A model generated the notes under the pieces. It was given only the letters and a program-made list of their open reading frames with translations. It had not been told where the DNA came from and did not search any database. Position numbers and translations under genes: made by a program. A stretch of 64,000 nt of DNA from Syntrophorhabdaceae bacterium. Lineage in GTDB: Bacteria > Desulfobacterota > Syntrophorhabdia > Syntrophorhabdales > Syntrophorhabdaceae. Each line of letters starts with the position of its first letter. Position 1 is the first letter of the stretch. Shown in pieces: positions 29,823 to 39,532 of this stretch. The stretch spans positions 864,001 through 928,000 of the forward strand of contig OY762209.1 of NCBI GenBank assembly GCA_963665295.1, written 5' to 3'.

Positions 29823-30212
29823 CTATTTTTGGGCAGTCGCTTTTCTTTCATCGAAGACTTCTTTTGCAATGAGAAGGGCGTTCATGGAGAGAACCATGCC
29901 GGCGCTTGGAATGATCTGCAGCAGTACTTCAATAATTTCCTTTTCTGAGCAGCCTACATTCAGTGCTGAGTTGATGTGAACTTTCACCTGAAGTGGTGCG
30001 GTACCCATGGTTGCCATGCTGGCCAGTGCAATCATTTCTTTTGTCTTCAGGTCTAATCCTGAGCGACTATAGATATCTCCAAAAACAAATTCCACCAGAT
30101 ATTGAGCAAAATCGGGGGATATTTCTTTCATCGTTTCAATTACTCTTGTTCCTATTTCACCTTCCATCTCTGTAATTTTTGCTAATCCTCTCCGGTATCT
30201 CTCAGAATCCAT
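29823..30212 (-). CDS. Carboxymuconolactone decarboxylase family protein, copy 1
   Basis: RYRRGL, FVFGDIYSRSGLDLKTKEMI, HINSALNVGCS. Confidence 0.88.
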   Translation of the reverse strand: MDSERYRRGLAKITEMEGEIGTRVIETMKEISPDFAQYLVEFVFGDIYSRSGLDLKTKEMIALASMATMGTAPLQVKVHINSALNVGCSEKEIIEVLLQIIPSAGMVLSMNALLIAKEVFDERKATAQK

Positions 30213-30339
30213 TCCATGACCTCCAATATTCTTTTGGTGATCTGCTTCATGTCTACGTCACTATTACCATTTCTGTTCCAGCCGTACAAGAAAAAAGGCA
30301 GAATTGAGGACATGTTCGGGAAGGACAGCCCCCTCTGAA

Positions 30340-30652
30340 ACCCTGCGGGCCTTCCTTATGGGTAAGTACTTGTTCACTTTTCTTCGCCATCCCGGCGTCC
30401 CTCCGACCAACAACCAAGCAGAGCAGTCAATCCGCTTCCTGGTGATCATGAGGAAGCTCATGTTCGGTACGCGGTCGGCAACGGGGCTGAAGACCCACAG
30501 TATCCTGCCGAGTCTCATCATTACTTCCATGAGGCAAGGGAACGATCCACGGAAGTTCCTGGAGACGCTCCTGGTGTCGGATACCGTGACGGCACAGGCG
30601 GCACTGTATCGCAAATGGGGCGAGGGCTCCGTGAGGGGGACTAAACTGTTAC
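30340..30652 (+). mobile_element. IS66-family 3' remnant with right end
   Basis: PPTNNQAEQSIR...RK..FGTRS (IS66 C-terminus); ends GGACTAAACTGTTAC (reverse complement GTAA...). Confidence 0.75.
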
Positions 30653-30806
30653 TTTACGGTCGTCCCCCAATGGCCCCCAATAACATGCTGGATCCATATT
30701 CGACATAATCCTTTCCTTTCTATTATTGTTTTTGCTTAGCTCGGCGAAGAGGCCATATGCTATACTACACGCGTGTGTTACAATAAAATCTCAGATCTGG
30801 TGAGAT

Positions 30807-32495
30807 ATGAAAGAGCCGAACCCTAAATCCCGCACGACCGATCGAACGGTCGTAAGGCGAAGACTAATTAGGATAGTAATCTCTTTGGCAAGAGACTGGT
30901 TTGACGCAAAAGCCCATTCGATAGATCACGCTGCCATTATAAAGAACCTTTCCGATACCGAACTCTCTGCGGGGTATCTCCTGGTTCTCACCATTGCGAA
31001 TCTGATTGCGTTATGCGGTCTACTAACCGATAGTTCTGCGGTGATTATAGGTGCCATGCTGATATCGCCACTCATGGGTCCCATCTTGAGTTTCGGTTTT
31101 GCCTTCACGACAGGAGACAAGATAATATGGCGGAAATCGACCATCAAGCTGATTGTCAGTGTAGCGGTGACAATAGCGGTTGCCGCCATTGCCGCCTATA
31201 TTTCCCCTCTTCAGGAGTCCACAAGCCAGATCGTGGCGCGAATAAGACCCAACCCTTACGACCTGGCAATCGCTTTTCTCTCTGGATTAGTGGGTGCGGC
31301 AGCGATCTGTACGAGAAAGAACTATCTTACTATTGTCCCCGGAGTCGCTATCGCCACCGCAGTAATTCCTCCATTGAGCGTTACGGGTTATGGTTTGGCA
31401 ATACTCGATATCCGTGTAGCTGGGGGCGCATTCCTTCTGTTTTTCACGAACTTCGTTTCACTTGTTATCTCCACGTGTATAGTCTTCTATTTTTACGGTT
31501 TCAGACCGAAAATCATGACAGCGGATGAAAGCACAATGATGAGGCGAAGGATGATCTTTCTGGCCTCCACGCTTTTTCTCATATCGATTCCTCTTATCTA
31601 TACTCTGAAAGTGACAGTTTCAGACCTCGCGCTACGACGGGAGATTAGGAGCGTTCTCAGTGCGGGCCTTGGTGATCGGGAAAATATCAAGATAGTTTCT
31701 CTCAAGTATTCGACAAGAGAAAAACATAAGATTAGGATCGATGCGGTGGCATATACAACATCCTACATCAAGGACTCGGAATTGGAGAAGATCAAGAATA
31801 GCCTGACGAACAGCCTGAAACGCGACGTCAGCCTCCATCTGGATCAGATACGGGTGCAACGTGAAGCCCTCAAGAAGGAATCTCAAATATCGGTGCCGAG
31901 CGCCCCCATGCCCCCGCCCCCGACACGCACGGAGATTATTACCGACTCAAGAGAGAAGGTCCTGACCTCTGTGAGCGAGTCCATGGATAGGATGAGATAC
32001 TATCTGTCTCCGTGGCCCGTGGAAAATATTTCTTTCGGTTTTGCCCAGGACATGCCCGGCCTCATGGTAGGCTTTACCGTACGAAAGGACAAACATCTTA
32101 GCGAAGAGGAAATTGTCTTGCTCCGTAAGGCGCTTTCTTCCGATCTTGGTGTTCCCCTCCAACTCAAGATCGAGACTGCTCGCATTGTCCCTCCACTGGT
32201 GTTTGAGAGAAGAGTCGTGTCTCTATCCGAGGAAATGAAGAACGACCTCGTGTTCTTGAAGCCCATCTTTGCGAAGGACAATAGAATTACGATTCTCATC
32301 GATGCATATCCAGAATCTGTCGTCCCGCGTAGGAAGGGAACCGAGCTGGCCGAGGACAGAGCGCGGGAAGTTGCATCGTTTCTCAATAGGGACTGTTTAA
32401 TACCGCACTCAAATATGAAAATTGTCATCCATAGGCGGAAAACGGAAAGAACACCCACCATACAGGTTTCTACCCTATCCCCCGAGGGAAAATGA
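30807..32495 (+). CDS. DUF389 (TIGR00341-like) membrane protein with a long C-terminal extension
   Basis: DSSAVIIGAMLISPLMGPI, PNPYDLAIA, PGVAIATAVIPPL, LLFFTN. Confidence 0.85.
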   Translation: MKEPNPKSRTTDRTVVRRRLIRIVISLARDWFDAKAHSIDHAAIIKNLSDTELSAGYLLVLTIANLIALCGLLTDSSAVIIGAMLISPLMGPILSFGFAFTTGDKIIWRKSTIKLIVSVAVTIAVAAIAAYISPLQESTSQIVARIRPNPYDLAIAFLSGLVGAAAICTRKNYLTIVPGVAIATAVIPPLSVTGYGLAILDIRVAGGAFLLFFTNFVSLVISTCIVFYFYGFRPKIMTADESTMMRRRMIFLASTLFLISIPLIYTLKVTVSDLALRREIRSVLSAGLGDRENIKIVSLKYSTREKHKIRIDAVAYTTSYIKDSELEKIKNSLTNSLKRDVSLHLDQIRVQREALKKESQISVPSAPMPPPPTRTEIITDSREKVLTSVSESMDRMRYYLSPWPVENISFGFAQDMPGLMVGFTVRKDKHLSEEEIVLLRKALSSDLGVPLQLKIETARIVPPLVFERRVVSLSEEMKNDLVFLKPIFAKDNRITILIDAYPESVVPRRKGTELAEDRAREVASFLNRDCLIPHSNMKIVIHRRKTERTPTIQVSTLSPEGK

Positions 32496-32608
32496 ACGAG
32501 TCGCCATCTCGCGGACCAAAATATCAGGGAATGTTTGATCCACTAAGGCTCCACCGCCTCTCTGCTTGCTATGAAAAAATGAGAATGGCCTTTTGCAGGA
32601 GGTTATAG

Positions 32609-33848
32609 ATGGACGTTTTTAATGTACTGGCCCTTTTGATGAGTCTGGCCGCACCGTTCAGTTACATCAATTACCGGTACTTTCACCTGCCTCAGACAAT
32701 CGGCGTCATGATTGCAGGTTTGACGGTGTCCGTCGGGTTCATGGCCGTCGGCTGGTTCGGATGGGACGTTGCGGAACGGGCTGCCACAGTTCTAAAGAAG
32801 ATCGATTTCAACCGATTCCTTCTCCACGGGGTATTAAGTTTTCTCCTCTTCGCGGGGGCTCTGCAGATAGATGTTGACCGGCTTTTCAGACAGAAACGGT
32901 CCATCCTTGCTCTATCTACCTTCGCGGTCCTCCTCTCGACCGGCATTGTTGGTATTGATCTGGTTTGTTTTCTCTCTCCTCAATATTCCCGTTTCATTCG
33001 TTTACTGCCTGCTATTCGGTGCCCTTATTTCGCCCTACCGACCCCGTAGCCGTGCTCGCTATCCTTAAGACAGCTCAAGCTCCCGAAGCCCTTCAGACCG
33101 AGATGGCGAGTGAATCCCTTTTTAATGATGGCGTTGGTGTTGTCGTATTCATTGTTCTTCTGGAGATTGCGCTCCAGGGAGGGCAGACAGCATCTCACAT
33201 ATTCCTCGTTTTCTTAAAAGAAGCCGTTGGGGGAGTCGCTTTAGGGCTAGCATCGGGATTTGTCGCGTACAGGCTCCTGCTGCACGTCGACAACTGACCC
33301 TGGCCCTTGCAATGGGCGGTTAGGCCATGGCTGACGTCATCCACTTTTCCGGTCCTCTCACCGTCGTGATTTCCGGCCTTCTAGTCGGCCATAAGGGGCG
33401 GGCTTTTGCCATGAGCGAGATCACCCGGCAGCACCTCGATACATTCTGGGAGCTTTTGGACGAGATTTTAGACGACATTCTCTTTGTGCTCATCGGTTTT
33501 GAAATGCTGGTACTGAAACTTTCAGCTCAGGGCGTCCTCGCCGGTGTTGCGGCAATACCGGTGGTCCCGTTGGCTAGATTCGTAAGCGTCGTAGTTCCTA
33601 CCACTATCGTTCGTCTCTGGGGACCCTTCACTCCGCATTTCATAAAAATACTCACCTAGGGAGGACTGAGAGGGGGTATCGCAGTAGCCCTCGCCCTCTC
33701 CCTGCCAGCCGGAACGGAAAAGAATATTTTGCTGTCTGTGACCTATGTAGTGGTGCTCTTCGCTGTCTTGGTTCAGGGTCTCACCATAGAGAAGCTCCTG
33801 CGGTACTGGATGGGAAAGAAACCTACGCCGAAAGATGAGGTTAGCTAG
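32609..33848 (+). pseudogene. NhaP-type Na+/H+ antiporter pseudogene
   Basis: Fragments LLFAGAL, PTDPVAV, ESLFNDGVG and ILT*GGLRGG lie in different frames, with frameshifts and in-frame stops (e.g. TAG at 33657-33659 where Trp is expected). Confidence 0.88.
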
Positions 33849-34717
33849 GACAACTTTTCTATCAGTATCTTTATGGTTTCGGCCCAGCCGATAGGACCAA
33901 TTCCACGTGCCCGAATCAAATTTGGCACATCTATTCTGGAGTCACAACTTCCATCCGGTTTCCGGACCACGGCCGGAATATTTACTTTCCTCAGCATGGG
34001 TGTGTCGTTTGGGCTGTCCCCGATGCCGATGGTCACGAGATTGGGAAAGACCTCTTTGTAGAGTCCGGCAAGGATCGAGACCGCCTTACCTTTGTCGTTG
34101 TCTCCAAGGAGGTGATAAAACGCTCCCTGTGTGACGTTCAATCCCAGTTCGGATATAGACAGGAAGAATTCGTCGAGTCTGTCTTCCGGACCATCAAGGA
34201 CAAAGGGCTCATCGAATTCTCTCTGCCTTGCCATGAACGCCTCATGTCGGGGCAAGCCGGTCACCTGCGACACCTCTTCAACTGTCATATCCCCGAAGCC
34301 TCTCACGAGGAACCCCTTCTCGCGCAAGGCATGAAGGCCCTGTCGCAATTTTTCGTAAGGAGTCCCAAGACGTATCAGATAGTGGCGATCATGTTCTTCC
34401 ACGAGCGTGTTTTTGAGGGATTTCGTCAAAAGCATATATCCTTTTGGGATGAAAATTCCGCCCCCATTCTCACATATGAACGGATCTGTGTTTCGGAGTA
34501 GGGATCGGTAGTGCTCGATTTCAGATCTCGTCTTGCTGGAGCAAATCACGAGAGGGATATGTCGGGCTTCAAGCATCGTCAAAGCGCCGCATGCTTCAGC
34601 AAAGGAATACGTTTCGGCATCCAGAAGGGTCCCGTCAAGGTCGGTGAATATTACAATTTGTCCACCAACTCCGAAGTCCTGCCTTCTGGTCGCCTTCACT
34701 TTATAGGGATAGTTCAT
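33845..34717 (-). CDS. Mannosyl/glucosyl-3-phosphoglycerate phosphatase (HAD-IIB; MpgP/GpgP)
   Basis: FTDLDGTLLD, CSSKTRSE, FICENGG, REFDEPF, DKGKAV, GDSPND; ATG 34717 after AAGGAG. Confidence 0.88.
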   Translation of the reverse strand: MNYPYKVKATRRQDFGVGGQIVIFTDLDGTLLDAETYSFAEACGALTMLEARHIPLVICSSKTRSEIEHYRSLLRNTDPFICENGGGIFIPKGYMLLTKSLKNTLVEEHDRHYLIRLGTPYEKLRQGLHALREKGFLVRGFGDMTVEEVSQVTGLPRHEAFMARQREFDEPFVLDGPEDRLDEFFLSISELGLNVTQGAFYHLLGDNDKGKAVSILAGLYKEVFPNLVTIGIGDSPNDTPMLRKVNIPAVVRKPDGSCDSRIDVPNLIRARGIGPIGWAETIKILIEKLS

Positions 34718-34766
34718 CAGAATCTCCTTACACGTAGCCCTTTTATAGAATATAGCACACCACTTA

Positions 34767-34810
34767 TTGACTTTCAATGTAACTACATATATAATTATAA
34801 GTAACCATAT
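34767..34810 (+). promoter_or_regulatory. Sigma70 promoter TTGACT-N17-TATAAT with palindromic operator ATGTAACTACAT
   Basis: -35 at 34767-34772, -10 at 34790-34795, near-palindrome at 34777-34788, second similar site GTAACCATAT at 34801. Confidence 0.75.
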
Positions 34811-34831
34811 TTACCTTATAAAGAGGACACT

Positions 34832-35095
34832 ATGAGGATAGTCGGTATTAAAGAGTTAAAGGAAAAACTGAGCAGTTACATAAACGAGATTCGCTCGGGT
34901 ACAACGATCGTCATCACGGACCGTGGCGAAGAGATCGCCGTCATCTCTCCTTTGTCTATTGAATACAAACTGATGGCGGCACTCGAAAAATCGGGCAAAG
35001 TGCATTGGGCGAGGGGTAAGCCTCGGGGGCTCGAAGACGGGATTATAGTGAGAGGCGAGCCCCTCTCGGTGACTATGCTGGAGGAAAGGGAATGA
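34832..35095 (+). CDS. Phd/YefM-family antitoxin
   Basis: VGIKELKEKLSSYI...IVITDRGEEIAVISP. Confidence 0.9.
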   Translation: MRIVGIKELKEKLSSYINEIRSGTTIVITDRGEEIAVISPLSIEYKLMAALEKSGKVHWARGKPRGLEDGIIVRGEPLSVTMLEERE

Positions 35096-35559
35096 TACTT
35101 TATCTCGGCTCAAGCAGCCTTATAAAACTGTATGCGACCGAAGTTCATTCCGAAGAACTCAGGGAATGGGTCAGGGTGGCGGAAATAGTAGCTACAGCGC
35201 GCATTGCATACACAGAAGTTACATCAGCCCTAAATATTCGACTTAAGAAAGGTGATGTGTCAACAGATGATTTTGTCCGTGCTTCGGAAAGATTTGCCGA
35301 GGATTGGGAGAGTTTTGCCAAAGTTGACTTCGATGACAGGGAAGCAGGAAGGTTTGTGGAACAGTACGGTCTTAGCCGCTTCGGCGCTCTCCATCTGTCT
35401 GCGGCAAAGCTTATTCTGGGCTTCTTCGAGAAACAGAGTGTCAGGCCTGGCAAGGAACAAGGATATCAGCCGGGTATCAGCCTTTTCTTCTCTTCTGCCG
35501 ACCGGTCCCTCTTAAACTCTGCGATTAGAGAAGGGTTAAAGATCTTGCCGTTGGGATAG
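35092..35559 (+). CDS. vapC: VapC-like PIN-domain protein with a degenerate active site
   Basis: ILYLGSSSLIKLY, AYTEV, FGALHLSAA, SADRSL; ATGA overlap with the antitoxin. Confidence 0.8.
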   Translation: MILYLGSSSLIKLYATEVHSEELREWVRVAEIVATARIAYTEVTSALNIRLKKGDVSTDDFVRASERFAEDWESFAKVDFDDREAGRFVEQYGLSRFGALHLSAAKLILGFFEKQSVRPGKEQGYQPGISLFFSSADRSLLNSAIREGLKILPLG

Positions 35560-35590
35560 ATCGGCCCCATTTTTGTTCAGGAGGTACGCC

Positions 35591-36799
35591 ATGTCAGATT
35601 TTTATCAAACGGGTATTGTTGCAACATTTCATAAGCTGGGAACTCCAAACATTGGGGGAATTGAGTCGCGACTTGTAAAGTACTCGGCTGATAGGCCCAT
35701 TGCTCTCGTTCTTCCATCCCTCTATAGCGAACTGGAAGGGGAGGCTCTGAGACATATCGTCGAAGAGTTAAGCGAGGTCAAATACATAAAGCAAATTGTG
35801 GTGACCCTCGGTCCTGCATCGGAGAAAGAATTCGACGCCGCAAAACAATTCTTTTCCCGCCTTCCCCAGAACGTGAAGATTATATGGAATTCGGGAAAGA
35901 GGATGAAAAAGATATATCGAGCCATCGAATCCGAAGAACTGCATACAGGCCACGAAGGAAAGGGCCGGTCTGTATGGATGGCATACGGCTATATCTTGTC
36001 TCGCCGGGAGTTCAACGCCGTTGTCCTTCACGACTGTGACATTGTGACCTATGACAGGTCTATGCTCGCCCGCCTATGCTACCCGGTCACGGACCCCAGT
36101 CTTGATTATGATTTCTGCAAGGGATTCTATACGAGGGTGACTGACAAAATGCATGGGAGGGTGACGCGGTTGCTCGTGACGCCACTCATACGGGCACTGG
36201 AGAAGATCGTCGGGTATCTTCCGCTCCTCGTGTTTTTCGATAGCTTTCGCTATATCCTTGCCGGTGAGTTCGCGATGGACATCAACCTTGCTCGAATAAA
36301 CCGGATCCCTGGCGACTGGGGCCTTGAGGTGGGCACCTTGGCGGAGGTCTACCGGAATACGTCTGTAAATAGGGTCTGTCAGGTTGATGTTGCTGATAAT
36401 TATGAACATAAGCATCAACAATTGTCCCCTGAAGACGCGTCAAAAGGGCTTAATAAAATGTGCGTGGACATCTGCAAGTCGATCTTCAGGACGCTAGCCT
36501 CAGACGGCGTGGTCTTTTCCAATGGTCTTTTTAAGACCCTTGTTGCCACTTATGCACGGACGGCGCAGGATATGCTCCAGAGATATCAAGACGATGCATC
36601 CATAAACGGGCTTATGTTCGATAGACACGAGGAAAGTCTGGCGGTGGAAACCTTTACGGCAGGGGTTAAAAAGGCGTCCGAAATGATAATGAAAGACCCC
36701 CTGGGAGAGCCACTTATTGCAAGCTGGGATAGGGTTACCTCGGCCATTCCCGACATCCTCGCGCGAATCAACACGGCAGTGGACGAGGACAATGGGTGA
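35591..36799 (+). CDS. gpgS: Glucosyl-3-phosphoglycerate synthase-like glycosyltransferase
   Basis: MSDFYQ.G.V.TFH, GKGRSVW, LHDCDI, HGRVTRL, YILAGEF, DWGLEVG, YEHKHQ. Confidence 0.8.
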   Translation: MSDFYQTGIVATFHKLGTPNIGGIESRLVKYSADRPIALVLPSLYSELEGEALRHIVEELSEVKYIKQIVVTLGPASEKEFDAAKQFFSRLPQNVKIIWNSGKRMKKIYRAIESEELHTGHEGKGRSVWMAYGYILSRREFNAVVLHDCDIVTYDRSMLARLCYPVTDPSLDYDFCKGFYTRVTDKMHGRVTRLLVTPLIRALEKIVGYLPLLVFFDSFRYILAGEFAMDINLARINRIPGDWGLEVGTLAEVYRNTSVNRVCQVDVADNYEHKHQQLSPEDASKGLNKMCVDICKSIFRTLASDGVVFSNGLFKTLVATYARTAQDMLQRYQDDASINGLMFDRHEESLAVETFTAGVKKASEMIMKDPLGEPLIASWDRVTSAIPDILARINTAVDEDNG

Positions 36800-36878
36800 G
36801 GGTTTTCACAATACGGACCGGGCGAAAGCCGCCCCTACCGGGCAACCGCTGAGGGAAGCTTAGTCGTCACGGTGATTA

Positions 36879-38171
36879 TTGCAAGGAAAGTTCCCGTTGA
36901 GGAATGTTACGCTCCATGAGGCCATCGAACAAAGAGTCCGGCAGGTTCAAACTGCGGATATTCTTGTTGGCGTCCCCAGTTATAATAATGCGGGAACTAT
37001 CGCTCATGTGGTACGGGCTGTCCAGGCCGGTCTCCGCAAGTATTTCCCGGACATGAGGGCGGTCCTGGTAAATTCGGATGGAGGCTCCACCGACGGTACC
37101 ACGCAGGTTGTTCAGGATACAACGTTCGATGATTCTCATTCTCTTTTCATATCCTATCAGGAGACTCCCTTTTTCAAAATAACAGCCCCTTACTGCGGCA
37201 TCCCAGGCAAAGGAAGTGCATTCCGGACTATATTCGAGATCGCCCGTGTCCTGGATGCAAAAGCATGTGCGGTTGTTGACGCGGACCTCAGAAGTATTAC
37301 GCCCGAGTGGGTGGAGCTTCTTATTAAGCCGGTTCTGCATCAGGGCTTTGACTATGTGGCGCCCCTTTATCAGCGCCACAAGTATGACGGAACCATTACG
37401 AATAGCATCATCTACCCTCTGACAAGGGCACTTTACGGCAAGAAGGTGCGGCAACCCATCGGGGGTGATTTTGGATTTTCCGGCGTCCTCGCGCAGTTCT
37501 ATCTCACCAAAGACGTGTGGGAAACCGATGTAGCGAGATACGGGATCGACATATGGATGACCACCACTGCCATCGCGAACGGCTTCACTCTGGGACAGGC
37601 CTACCTTGGCGCAAAAATCCATGACCCAAAGGACCCTGGCTCGGATTTGAGCGACATGCTCTACCAAGTTGTCGGTGCGACTTTTGATCTCATGGAGACG
37701 TATGCCGATAAATGGAGTCTGGTGAATGGATCGGAGGGGGTGTCCACCTTTGGATTTCGGTATGGCGTCGGTCTGGAACCCGTTTCTGTAAATGTCGAGC
37801 GGATGCTGGAGCGTTTCAGGTTTGGCGTGAATGAACTCCTGCCCCTCTGGGAACTCTTCTTGTCCTCGCGCTCTCTTGACCGCCTTCAAAGCCTTGTCGG
37901 GATATCGAAAGAAGCTTTCCATTTGTCCGATGAGCTATGGGTGGAAATCGTCTACGGTTTTGCCCTCGCGTTTCATAGAAGGCTGATCAACACGCAGCAT
38001 CTTCTGAGGTCTCTCACTCCTCTCTACATTGGAAAGACCGCATCGTTCGTTCTGGAAACGTGGGAAAACGGACCGGATGAAGTGGAGAGAAAAATCGAGA
38101 TTCTTTGCCAATGTTTCGAGGAGCAAAAAAATTCCTTCATGAAGGGTTGGATGGAAGGAGGTAGCCGATGA
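36879..38171 (+). CDS. Single-step glucosylglycerate/mannosylglycerate synthase-like GT2
   Basis: VGVPSYNNA, SDGGSTDGT, GKGSAF, VDADLRS, RHKYDGTIT, RQPIGGDF, YGIDIWMT. Confidence 0.78.
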   Translation: MQGKFPLRNVTLHEAIEQRVRQVQTADILVGVPSYNNAGTIAHVVRAVQAGLRKYFPDMRAVLVNSDGGSTDGTTQVVQDTTFDDSHSLFISYQETPFFKITAPYCGIPGKGSAFRTIFEIARVLDAKACAVVDADLRSITPEWVELLIKPVLHQGFDYVAPLYQRHKYDGTITNSIIYPLTRALYGKKVRQPIGGDFGFSGVLAQFYLTKDVWETDVARYGIDIWMTTTAIANGFTLGQAYLGAKIHDPKDPGSDLSDMLYQVVGATFDLMETYADKWSLVNGSEGVSTFGFRYGVGLEPVSVNVERMLERFRFGVNELLPLWELFLSSRSLDRLQSLVGISKEAFHLSDELWVEIVYGFALAFHRRLINTQHLLRSLTPLYIGKTASFVLETWENGPDEVERKIEILCQCFEEQKNSFMKGWMEGGSR

Positions 38172-38863
38172 ATATTCTTCGCAGTGTCCTGGTTGAACCC
38201 CTTGGACGTAGCCTGGAGAGCTTCCAGAGGCTGTTACCGGGCTTCTTTTCGTCAATTATGTTGGTTGTGTGTGGCGTTGCGCTTAGTCTGATTCTGAAAT
38301 ATCTTTGCCTACGTGTCTTCAGAGTTACCAGGATTGACAAGCTCGCTCAAAGGCTCGGTACAGTGGAGGCTTTGGGCAGGATTGGAATTAGAAGTTCCCT
38401 GTCACTCTTTCTGTCCAAATTGGCGCAGTGGATTGTAATCCTCACCTTCCTGATTGTCTCGTTGCAGAATCTTAAGATACCCACCGTGGGGCGGCTTGTC
38501 GAGCAGTTCTTTCTTTATCTACCCAATGTCTTTGTCGCGGCCTTTGTTTTGATCATGGGTTACATTTTGAGTAATTTTCTTGCGAGAACAGCCCTGATCG
38601 CTCTGGTAAACGCAGGAATCAGAGATGCACGTCTCGCCGCAAGGTTCGTCAGATTCATCGTTTTCATGCTCTGTGCAACCATGGCCTTGGAGCAGCTCGG
38701 AATCGGAAGAGATACCGTTATAGTGGCTTTTGCAATTACCTTCGGCGGTGTAGTGTTAGCCTTTGCCATAGCCTTCGGGTTTGCAGGGAGAGATATGGCC
38801 AGGAGGTATCTTGAAAAGAGGGAAAAGAATGATAAGGACAGAGACGAGATTAACCATCTCTAA
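38168..38863 (+). CDS. MscS-associated TM-helix repeat protein (CmpX-like)
   Basis: YLPNVFVAAFVL..G, MALEQLGIG, LAFAIAFGFAGRD. Confidence 0.8.
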   Translation: MNILRSVLVEPLGRSLESFQRLLPGFFSSIMLVVCGVALSLILKYLCLRVFRVTRIDKLAQRLGTVEALGRIGIRSSLSLFLSKLAQWIVILTFLIVSLQNLKIPTVGRLVEQFFLYLPNVFVAAFVLIMGYILSNFLARTALIALVNAGIRDARLAARFVRFIVFMLCATMALEQLGIGRDTVIVAFAITFGGVVLAFAIAFGFAGRDMARRYLEKREKNDKDRDEINHL

Positions 38864-38888
38864 AGGGATTATCTTTGCTTGGTGTAGA

Positions 38889-38936
38889 TGTCAGCTAGAA
38901 AGTGTACCAAATTATGGCAATGTAAAAGTGTACCAC
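38889..38936 (+). mobile_element. Isolated IS21-like terminal sequence
   Basis: TGTCAG... followed by two AAAGTGTACCA repeats, an arrangement typical of IS21 ends; no istAB present. Confidence 0.5.
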
Positions 38937-39133
38937 CCGTGTATGCCATAACGTACATCATGCCCCTTGAGTGCTCAGGGTAACATTAGGGACGTCCATT
39001 AAACTATCAAATCAGCTCTGCTATAGCCGTTCTGTCCCTGATGGTTTCCCCCCCTATCCCTCCGTGCCAATATAAGTGAGACACTTCCCACCCAATAGTT
39101 TAGACTCTTGGGGGCGGGAAGGAAAGAACGATC

Positions 39134-39532
39134 GTGGAAGAAAAGAAATCAGTCATGGCATCACCAAGGGTAGTCCCCGATCCGGAAGTACCGGAAAAGG
39201 CAGTTCGCCGGAAATTCACCGCGGCGTACAAGCTCCGTATCCTCAAGGAGGTGGAGAACTGTACCGGGAAGGGTGAGATAGGGGCGCTTCTGCGCAGAGA
39301 GGGACTTTATTCATCGAGCCTCACCTCATGGCGGCGTCAGGTTCACCAGGGCCTCATCCCGAAAAAGAGAGGACCCGTCACACAAAAGCCTGATCCCCTT
39401 ATCCGTCGCACCATCGAACTGGAAAAGGAGAACACGAGGCTCACCCATAAACTGAAACAGGCGGAGCTCATTATCGAGGTCCAAAAAAAAGTGGCCGAGC
39501 TGCTCAAGGGGTCGAGCGAGGAGAAGTCATGA
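39134..39532 (+). CDS. IS3 transposase OrfA
   Basis: RRKFTAAYKLRIL, LRREGLYSS; A8G run at 39483-39491 suits a -1 frameshift into the OrfB frame. Confidence 0.9.
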   Translation: MEEKKSVMASPRVVPDPEVPEKAVRRKFTAAYKLRILKEVENCTGKGEIGALLRREGLYSSSLTSWRRQVHQGLIPKKRGPVTQKPDPLIRRTIELEKENTRLTHKLKQAELIIEVQKKVAELLKGSSEEKS

